NCBI GenBank assembly: GCA_964475985.1
Contig: CAYYYP010000005.1
Location: 15,269-79,268 of the forward strand
Length of the DNA: 64,000 bases
Origin: an uncultured Oligoflexia bacterium
GTDB taxonomy: Bacteria > Bdellovibrionota > UBA1018 > CAYHWW01
Direction: 5' to 3'
This document shows positions 18,750 to 26,310 of this stretch, piece after piece. Each line of letters begins with the position of its first letter. Positions within the stretch are counted from its first letter, which is position 1. A program made the position numbers and the translations under genes. The notes beneath the pieces were generated by a model. The model ran no database searches. It was not told the DNA's origin and saw only the letters and a program-made list of their open reading frames with translations.

Positions 18750-21131
18750 TTAATTTTTAAAAAAACTTCCGTCTAAGGCCCGGCCGGTGACTAACCCTAA
18801 AAATCCGTGCTTTTTCAAAGCTTCCAGCGCTTTTGCAGTTTGTCCTCGCCCCGTTAAATATTCTACGCCTAAAATGAGCTTCCGAGGCAAAGACTGCGAT
18901 TGCAGTTTTTTGACGCAGGACAGTACCTCTATCTGTGGCCGCCAAGGGTTATCCTGCCAGTTTGATCCGAAATAAAATGTTGATTCCAGAGCCAGAAGAT
19001 CAAAACTTTCTAAAAATTTTTTCTGGACCTCAAACTCTTTGAAGGCCGCTAGTTCAAGGAAAAGGCAGGGCGCATTCTGAATTGCTAAAAGAGCGGGTTC
19101 ACTCCCCCAGATGGATTTCATTTTTGCCCGCAGATCAATCACCAACTCAGCCATTTGGGTTGCGCGCAATGCTTGCTCAGCCTTGGGAAAGCGGCCATAG
19201 GCGTCGATCAAATCTAAGTACACACCGTTGAATCCTGCATCGTGGATTTTCCGTAAGTAATCATAAAGCACCGCGCGCCACTGCGGATCCCAAAATTTAA
19301 GCAGGTGATTTTTTTTAAACCGTTTGTTTTCTGAAACCAGAAGGCCCCTTTGCTTTATGCCTTGAAAGTACCAGCGATACTCCTCCGCTTCCCCAACGCT
19401 GAGGTAGGCTAGACTCCGGTGGGGATCACTCGGCGCGGTGGCCGAAAGGGTTTTTAGAAGATTTTTATTGGGTTCAAGCAAACTGATATCAAGCACGTAA
19501 AGCGTGGTTTGCCGCGCCGGCCGGTTTGAAAGGCCAGTAGGATCACCTTGAAGCTGATATATCCATTTTTCTATTTTAGGAAGTACGGCAGCTGTGTCTA
19601 GGGGACGGGCCGTTACCGGACTTGAAAATAGGGGCAAGGCAATCAGCGCCCAGATGAAGGAACTTTTTAGACTTCTATTTCGCGAAAAGAATTTATGTTT
19701 TGATTTCTTTGCGGAAGCAAGCGGTTGACGCTGAAAAATTAGAGAGTGCAATCGTCCCAGGACGTTATTTAGGTCCGTTAGGGAAACCGTAAGGCAAACC
19801 AGTGCCGCAAAGGCATAACCCATTCCAAAATATTTTCCGTAGTTGCCGCCAATGAATTTTAAGGAGAGCAGCGTGCCCCCGAGGTTGAGCAAAAACAATA
19901 TCAGATAATTTTTAAGCGCCATGAAGGGTAGGTCGAAATACAAAATGAGTAAGTTTGTAATGAGTGCAAAGGCATGAAACATGCTCCCAAGAAGCCCAAA
20001 TCGAAATACAATCAAAGTTACGGCCGGCAGTTTAAAGTACTGGGTGATGGTGGCAGACGCGGAATAAGCTAGGGCCGTGATTAAAATCTGAAATAAGAAG
20101 AGCCATTTGAATTCGGTGCGTAAACCCTGCACCATACGTTGCCTCGCATCTTCAAGCATCGCCAAGGGTGCCTTTTCATGAATCAAGCCAAAATATTCGC
20201 GGTAACGCATGTAAAATTTCACTTCAATCTGCACTAGAAATAATGCCATGGCGGGCACGACAAAAAGATATCCTAAAAAAATTCCGGCATCGTAGGAGGT
20301 TGACTTAAATAAGCCGTAGGCAACTTTTTCGCGGGTATGGGAATTGGTCCAAAAAAGAATTTTGTCGCACCACACCCCCAGGGAATAAAAGAAACCCACA
20401 GCACTTAAGACCCACCTCGTTTTCCAAAATTCTAAAAAACTTTCGCTGTGGGCTACCTTCGGTGAAAGGGACGGAGAATGCGGGGATGTTTGGAATTCCA
20501 ATTGGACTTTGCGAATGAGAATACCGTCGATCAATAAGTTGCCTAAAATAAAGCTTGTGAGTAGCCAGTTCAGCCCACTTATTCCGAGCTTACCGCCCAT
20601 CCAGACAGCCGAAATACTTAAGGCAGCACCGGCGATAAAACCCCAAACGATGGATAAATAATCCTTAAGGGCGCCTAAGAAAATCATGCAAACCCATTGA
20701 CCCATCAGCACCGCAATGACGATGCCGCATAAAACTAAGCTCAAACCAGGAATTTTAAGCAAATAAAAAAAGATCAGTCCGAGGGCTAAACCTACTGCCG
20801 TCGTTCGCCAAAATACCCGTTTAAAAAAACTCCCAATGCCTTCAATATTTTTAAAATAAAGGGCGTCGGCAATAAAGCGGGTGATGACCATTTCAACCAC
20901 GCCAAACAAAACGAGTGAAAAAGCGTAGGAGTAATTCAGAATTACGCGGAAAACTTCCCCGGATTTAGGTTCAGGAAAACGTTTAGCCAAAGAAGAAATC
21001 ACGGCAATGGTAAGAATTGCCATGAGCCAAGGACCGGAAGAAACTACTACGGAACCTAGGAGGCCTTGAGTCCTTTGAAACCAATTTCCGTGTTTGATGG
21101 CCCGGTGGAGGCGAAAGCCTATTCCTGCCAT
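18750..21131 (-). CDS. pelG: PelG-like polysaccharide exporter (MOP/MATE-like multi-TM protein) fused to a C-terminal GH114-like (PelA-hydrolase-type) TIM-barrel domain
   Basis: The start MAGIGFRLHRAIK is PelG-like and is followed by about 12 hydrophobic helices. Next comes a basic segment plus an extra hydrophobic helix (KSKHKFFSRNRSLKSSFIWALIALPLFSSPVTA). The following roughly 290 aa carry GH114/DUF297-like motifs (LAYLSVGEAEEYRWYF; WDPQWRAVLYDYLRKIHDAGFNGVYLDLIDAY). It is a single uninterrupted ORF. Confidence 0.6.
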   Translation of the reverse strand: MAGIGFRLHRAIKHGNWFQRTQGLLGSVVVSSGPWLMAILTIAVISSLAKRFPEPKSGEVFRVILNYSYAFSLVLFGVVEMVITRFIADALYFKNIEGIGSFFKRVFWRTTAVGLALGLIFFYLLKIPGLSLVLCGIVIAVLMGQWVCMIFLGALKDYLSIVWGFIAGAALSISAVWMGGKLGISGLNWLLTSFILGNLLIDGILIRKVQLEFQTSPHSPSLSPKVAHSESFLEFWKTRWVLSAVGFFYSLGVWCDKILFWTNSHTREKVAYGLFKSTSYDAGIFLGYLFVVPAMALFLVQIEVKFYMRYREYFGLIHEKAPLAMLEDARQRMVQGLRTEFKWLFLFQILITALAYSASATITQYFKLPAVTLIVFRFGLLGSMFHAFALITNLLILYFDLPFMALKNYLILFLLNLGGTLLSLKFIGGNYGKYFGMGYAFAALVCLTVSLTDLNNVLGRLHSLIFQRQPLASAKKSKHKFFSRNRSLKSSFIWALIALPLFSSPVTARPLDTAAVLPKIEKWIYQLQGDPTGLSNRPARQTTLYVLDISLLEPNKNLLKTLSATAPSDPHRSLAYLSVGEAEEYRWYFQGIKQRGLLVSENKRFKKNHLLKFWDPQWRAVLYDYLRKIHDAGFNGVYLDLIDAYGRFPKAEQALRATQMAELVIDLRAKMKSIWGSEPALLAIQNAPCLFLELAAFKEFEVQKKFLESFDLLALESTFYFGSNWQDNPWRPQIEVLSCVKKLQSQSLPRKLILGVEYLTGRGQTAKALEALKKHGFLGLVTGRALDGSFFKN

Positions 21132-22756
21132 GGTAAACTCTCTTGATTTATCCCACTGATATCGACACCACAAATAAGTTCGTTATAAAACTTGTCATAC
21201 TGCTCAAAAAGTTCCTTTTCGTGGTAAAAATGGCCAGCCCTAAGCATTCCGGCCTGGGAGCACTCTTCCCAAAATAGATCTTCCATCATAAGGCGCATTA
21301 TGGATTGAGCAATCCCTAAGCCATCGCCTAAGGGAACGATAAGTCCGCTGGGTCCTAAAATACGATCGGCTTCCGATAACCCTAAAATCATTTCCCGGCA
21401 CGCACCCACATCGGTCGCCACTACCGGTACACCGGCCGATGAAGCCTCCAGAATTACCAGGGGCTGAGACTCTGAGATGCTGGTGAGCACCAAAACATCG
21501 GCGGTCTGCAAAACTTCCGTGGCAGGGAGTAGACCTTCGAATTTTATGAGCTGAGAAAGGCCAAGGATTTGCACCATTTCTTCGCACTCTTTTACATAAT
21601 CCTTCTCTTCATTGTGGGGTCCGACGATGCGGCAAAAAAATGAAATCGGTTCCGCTTGGCTGACTTGCAAATCAAAAAGTAACTTTATGGACTTGATAAG
21701 TAGTTTGATATCCTTAATGGAAACCACTCGGCCTAAGAAAAGAATTTCGAAGGGTCGTTTTTCGGCGCGTTTTTTTGGCCAAAGTGGATGCCGAGTTCTT
21801 ATGCCTTGGTAACGATTGTGTACGCCATTAGGAACCACAAAACACTTTTTGGGATCGGCGCCATCAAATACTTGCCGTTTACGATTGCCTCCGTGCAAAG
21901 TAACCACGCGCGAAGCACCGGCGTAGGCTAAAGCACTCAAGTTCCTAAAGACATTGATCCACCAGCTACGAAAATGTTTCAAAGGCTCAAAGGGAAGTTG
22001 CAGCAGAAGGCCAGGATCATAAAGCCAATTGGCTTCCCCCAATTCAATGGCGCGCTCATGAGCATAGATACCATGTTCCGTAACCATAAAGGGTGAAGCG
22101 TGCTGCATTGCCGCCAATATACCGCAAAGCCCCGCATATCCCGTACACATGGAATGGTACACTTTGGCGTTGGGGTAACTTAAATTGATGAGCCGCAGAA
22201 GCGGAATTTGGATGGCGCGCCAGGAATAAAAAAAGTCAAGAAAGGGCAAACCTTGTTTCATGGGGGATACCCGCTCGTATTCATCAACGATGACGTCCCA
22301 GGCGTCCTCGCTTTGCAAATGCCTGAGTACACTTTCCGAGGACATGCTTTTGGCAAACTTTTTAAGTTTAAATAAATCCTGTTTATTAAATTTAGCGTGT
22401 TGCAAATCCTCGGGACTTTGAAAAATATCAAATCCATCGTGAACGGAATTACCCTGGATCAGCGTCTGAAATTCCTGGAAGGAGGCCATGGCGGCTTGCA
22501 GATTCTTGGCGTTCAAGGCGCCGGTATCGGACGAAAATTCGTCAAACAGAAATACCTCCCTTAAGTGCAACACATTAGCCGGCAATTCGTACTGCATTGG
22601 CGGCAATTGATCGGAGCGTGAACCCAGGTAGAGAATTTCAAATGTGAGATGCGGCAAACCTTTGATCAAGGCGTGGGTCCAACTGGCCACTCCGCCGTAA
22701 ACGTAGGGGTAAGTGCCCTCTAGTATTAAGCAGACATCAGCCACGGGCCACCTCAT
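21119..22756 (-). CDS. pelF: PelF-like GT4 glycosyltransferase
   Basis: 545 aa. The N-terminus VADVCLILEGTYPYVYGGVASW is the PelF-specific DUF3492-like start. The C-terminal half is a GT4 fold. Confidence 0.75.
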   Translation of the reverse strand: MRWPVADVCLILEGTYPYVYGGVASWTHALIKGLPHLTFEILYLGSRSDQLPPMQYELPANVLHLREVFLFDEFSSDTGALNAKNLQAAMASFQEFQTLIQGNSVHDGFDIFQSPEDLQHAKFNKQDLFKLKKFAKSMSSESVLRHLQSEDAWDVIVDEYERVSPMKQGLPFLDFFYSWRAIQIPLLRLINLSYPNAKVYHSMCTGYAGLCGILAAMQHASPFMVTEHGIYAHERAIELGEANWLYDPGLLLQLPFEPLKHFRSWWINVFRNLSALAYAGASRVVTLHGGNRKRQVFDGADPKKCFVVPNGVHNRYQGIRTRHPLWPKKRAEKRPFEILFLGRVVSIKDIKLLIKSIKLLFDLQVSQAEPISFFCRIVGPHNEEKDYVKECEEMVQILGLSQLIKFEGLLPATEVLQTADVLVLTSISESQPLVILEASSAGVPVVATDVGACREMILGLSEADRILGPSGLIVPLGDGLGIAQSIMRLMMEDLFWEECSQAGMLRAGHFYHEKELFEQYDKFYNELICGVDISGINQESLPWQE

Positions 22757-23969
22757 GACTTGACCAGTGGTTCAAGCAGGCGGCAGCCCTTACGAATAGG
22801 GGTCCAGAGAGGCCTATTTCGTCAAAGACCCATTTTGAAAAATGAAGGACCTCAGATGATTTAGGACGATCTAAGTTCAAGATCGCAAGAATGGTCTGGG
22901 CCATTTCAAGATTTTTTACCGTCGTAGCGTTTCGTAACAATGAGAAAAGAATTTCAAACGGAATTCTTCGTCCCGAAATATTCTTATTTTGTAAACTTCC
23001 TTGCAGTAGCCTTAGGAGTTGAAGCTGTAATTCCGGTTTGAGTTCTTGCTCAAGTAAATTCATTAACACGTCCCGGAAGAGCCACGCCTGCACCCGCAGA
23101 AAATCCATTAATAGATTTGCCTTTGCGGTATCCGGATGCATGCCTAGGGCGAGCACTTCTTTCCAGTACTTGAGGGACCACTTCACCGGTTTTAAGAAAT
23201 TAAGGATTAGCCTTAGGAAATGTTCATCAAAATCAAAAATTTTTATGGGTTCATAAGCCTGCTGCGTTACGGAAAGGGCAATCTCCCGAGCCAAAATCTC
23301 ACGATAGCGGCTCAAAATTTGGTTGGTTTTGTCCGGCAGGCTGCTTAGAGACATGCTTTTCAACTCAGCGTGAAAAATTTCCACCTGATTGCTCCGCGCA
23401 CCACAGATGAGCAACTCTTGGCAAAGCCCTTCCACCGCCTCCTCCATAAAGCCTGCTTTAAAAAACTGAAACCGTTCCAGAATCAGACGCTGAATTCCCG
23501 GGTCCTTTAAAAGATAGGGACGTTTTGCGAGATGATGGAAAAAAACCGCTAAGAATTCTACCCCACCCCCTTTGCATGATTCATAAAATCTCAGGACCGA
23601 TTCCGGCTGCAACGCCCTAATTCCAAAAAAAGACTTTAAGATATTAAGGCTTAAAAAACTTGTGGGTTGGACTCCGGGAAGCGCTAGTGCCGAAATTAAA
23701 GCGCTAAACCACCCTTCGCATTCCCTAAGCCCTAAAGTGCCTAGGTTCACCAGAGCTTGCATCACCTCAATCATCGCCCCCTGAACCACGAGGGTTTCCC
23801 GGGAAAAAATTTTCCCGTACTCCTGAGTCGGAAAGGCCTTAGGATTTTCGGGCAACCTTAACCAGGCGATTCGCCTTACCAGCTCATCCGGATCCTGGAG
23901 TAATTTTGTTAGCTCCGAAGTTTCAAGAATCGCTTGGTCTTGCCATAAAAAATTCAAATCCCTATTCAT
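22737..23969 (-). CDS. hypothetical soluble helical protein inside the pel-like operon
   Basis: 410 aa with no obvious transmembrane segment and no recognised domain. It is Leu-rich and helical. It overlaps neighbours by 4 to 20 bp, which is operon-style packing. Confidence 0.4.
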   Translation of the reverse strand: MNRDLNFLWQDQAILETSELTKLLQDPDELVRRIAWLRLPENPKAFPTQEYGKIFSRETLVVQGAMIEVMQALVNLGTLGLRECEGWFSALISALALPGVQPTSFLSLNILKSFFGIRALQPESVLRFYESCKGGGVEFLAVFFHHLAKRPYLLKDPGIQRLILERFQFFKAGFMEEAVEGLCQELLICGARSNQVEIFHAELKSMSLSSLPDKTNQILSRYREILAREIALSVTQQAYEPIKIFDFDEHFLRLILNFLKPVKWSLKYWKEVLALGMHPDTAKANLLMDFLRVQAWLFRDVLMNLLEQELKPELQLQLLRLLQGSLQNKNISGRRIPFEILFSLLRNATTVKNLEMAQTILAILNLDRPKSSEVLHFSKWVFDEIGLSGPLFVRAAACLNHWSSHEVARG

Positions 23970-24757
23970 TTAAAGTTTTGCTCCAGCCAAAAGAGAACCT
24001 GCTCGCGAATTTCATCGGGCAATTTATCGCTGCCGCCACAACGACGCACCAGCTCCTGGCAGCATCGTTTTACCCCCGGAAAGTCCGATTGCATAAAATA
24101 GGCTTCCGCTTTCCAAAACCAGCCATTAAACCAATCCGGCGCAAAAACCATGGCCTGGTCAAAACAGAAAATCGCCTTTTCCAAAAGATTTTCCTGAAGG
24201 TGTATTTTTCCCAACTGTCGCCAGTAATAGGTATTATCCGGATTGCTCTCCACTGCCGCCTGCATGAGTTTTCTCCCAATTTGAATGTGGGAGTACGTTA
24301 CTTCTGGATCCATAAGTCCCGTGCGGTAAGCGATCATCAGTGATTCGATTAAGTTGTAAAGCTCCTGCGGCGAGGGCTTAGCGACGTCAGGGTAGGAGCT
24401 TAAAAGTTTCACCTCGTTTAACCAACGCTTTTCAAAATAAGCTAAGGCCTGCGTCGCTAAATAACAAATTTCATAATCTGGATCGCGCTGGGCCACTCGC
24501 AAGAGTATGACGCTATCCCGAGAGAATCGCCTCTTTAAGCGTCCAATGACTTCACGCTTCACACTTTTACTGCCTCCGCGAATGAGATCACTTAGGGATT
24601 GCAGCGACATGTTTTCTGAACTTAAGGCATCTTTAGCGAAAATCTCGGAATAACTTTTAGCCAATAGTTCGAGGGATCGTTCCTGAAAAAAACGCTCATC
24701 GGCCGCTTGGGTATCATAAAATTCCTGGAGTGCCCGGCCGCGGATGTTTAAGCTCAC
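23966..24757 (-). CDS. TPR-like repeat protein, possibly a PelE analogue lacking transmembrane helices
   Basis: 263 aa with TPR-like helical repeats (YYWRQLGKIHLQENLLEKAIFCFDQAMVFAPDWFNGWFWKAEAYF). No hydrophobic anchor. Confidence 0.45.
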   Translation of the reverse strand: MSLNIRGRALQEFYDTQAADERFFQERSLELLAKSYSEIFAKDALSSENMSLQSLSDLIRGGSKSVKREVIGRLKRRFSRDSVILLRVAQRDPDYEICYLATQALAYFEKRWLNEVKLLSSYPDVAKPSPQELYNLIESLMIAYRTGLMDPEVTYSHIQIGRKLMQAAVESNPDNTYYWRQLGKIHLQENLLEKAIFCFDQAMVFAPDWFNGWFWKAEAYFMQSDFPGVKRCCQELVRRCGGSDKLPDEIREQVLFWLEQNFK

Positions 24758-26310
24758 GATGGAGTTATCCCAGTAAGACCATTTTTATTGATATAACTCT
24801 TCCACGATAAATTTTTATCCTCACTCTTCACGGACTCTGGGTTCACCTCGATTCGCTTCATACCAAGCGCCGGCAAACCAGTAATAAATTGCCTTAAACG
24901 CGCATATTCATGCGTAACTGATTCATCCAACGCACGTAAAGTTGCTCCGTCTACACCTCGGGCAAATAACTTAAAGGAAGCATCCTTCGGATCACTATAA
25001 AACGTGGCTTGCCCCGCGAGACTTAAGTGCGCGATGCCGTCGCTTAAGGCCCGAGAAAACGCTTTTCGAAATACGATTTCACGTGCCTCTAAAAAATCGA
25101 CATCGGGCCACTCCGGGGTCCATTCCAAAAGACTCAAATTGATTTTTGTTTTTTTTGCGAGCAACCAATCTTCTTCGGCCCGTACATCTAAAACCCTTGT
25201 GGAAAAACATTGGCCGATAAAGTCCCAAAAATCATCCTCCTGATTTTGGGTTAAGCCCTGGCTCTTGCGGAGGGCCACGCCAAACCACCGAGAAAGTTCG
25301 CGCAATGCCGCAAAGTTAGAACTTTTATAATTCATGAACTGAAAGCTGTGGAACAGGATGACCCCTAAAATATTTTGGGAATCATCCATAAGCGGAACGA
25401 CCACGGGGTACCGTGCACGACTCCCCTTAGAAGATCCGGCTGCGTTCTCCCCGGCGTAGAGCTGAAATGTAAATACATCCCGGTTAGAAATTGCGTATCC
25501 AATCTCACTAATCTCCGAAAATTCCTTCCGAGGAATTTCCTTAGGAAATCGTTTTTGATCCGCCACAACGGGCGCCAAGCGCTTGAGCCCCGGATGTTCA
25601 AAACGATAGATCGCAAAATCCTCCTCGCTAAAATATTCCGAGAGAAACCGGTAAAAACGTACGCCTAAAAGTTCGGTTGAGATATTAAAGGATTCTCGGC
25701 CAAAACGAAAAATTTCAAGTGCGCTCTGCACTCTGGCCGCAAGCCTTCGTTCCATGTTCTGGCTTTCGGCAGTGAGACGTTGTCGCACCACTGCAGATTC
25801 CCCTAAGTTGTGAAGTAATTTTTGGTTTTCATCTTCAATGCCCTTAGTTTTCCGCCGAAAAGCATCTCCCACTACGCCAAAGGCAAAGCAGGTTAAGAGA
25901 AACGAAAGCGGAAACTTAAAGTAATTTGCGGAAAATACGCTCTCAACCTCAAGCACATCGAGCCTACTGGCTTCGTAAAAAAAATAAAACCCACCGTAGA
26001 CCACTCCCAAAAGCAGGGCAGGTTTTAGACCAGCAAGTACCGAGAGGATGCCCAGGCAAAAAAGATAAGGGTGTGGGTTCACGTCAATATAGGCCGGATT
26101 TCCGCCATTCAGTAATCCTAAAATCAGTCCGGGAAGCAGTCCCACCAGAAAGGCCGAAAGGGAATGGGTCATGGTCGGGAAATATTTTTGAATCTTAAAA
26201 CCACCAGCTAAAAATCCCCTTGGCGACGTGGACTCCTGCAAATCCTCCAGTGGGTTCCGTGGCGGAACCGGGGGCGTTGGCGTTGAAGAGCTGGGATGTG
26301 TAGAATCCAT
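24754..26310 (-). CDS. pelD: PelD-like c-di-GMP receptor (N-terminal transmembrane helices + GAF-like + degenerate GGDEF)
   Basis: There are four hydrophobic helices in the N-terminal 150 aa, followed by a soluble region of about 350 aa. Its position between PelB and PelE/F-like genes matches pel gene order. The start may instead be MTHSL (26172). Confidence 0.5.
   Translation of the reverse strand: MDSTHPSSSTPTPPVPPRNPLEDLQESTSPRGFLAGGFKIQKYFPTMTHSLSAFLVGLLPGLILGLLNGGNPAYIDVNPHPYLFCLGILSVLAGLKPALLLGVVYGGFYFFYEASRLDVLEVESVFSANYFKFPLSFLLTCFAFGVVGDAFRRKTKGIEDENQKLLHNLGESAVVRQRLTAESQNMERRLAARVQSALEIFRFGRESFNISTELLGVRFYRFLSEYFSEEDFAIYRFEHPGLKRLAPVVADQKRFPKEIPRKEFSEISEIGYAISNRDVFTFQLYAGENAAGSSKGSRARYPVVVPLMDDSQNILGVILFHSFQFMNYKSSNFAALRELSRWFGVALRKSQGLTQNQEDDFWDFIGQCFSTRVLDVRAEEDWLLAKKTKINLSLLEWTPEWPDVDFLEAREIVFRKAFSRALSDGIAHLSLAGQATFYSDPKDASFKLFARGVDGATLRALDESVTHEYARLRQFITGLPALGMKRIEVNPESVKSEDKNLSWKSYINKNGLTGITPS

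Noticed and set aside
25004-25668. 79-97-aa ORFs on both strands inside the PelD-like gene
   Set aside because: They overlap the longer, context-supported PelD-like ORF. They are most likely shadow frames.
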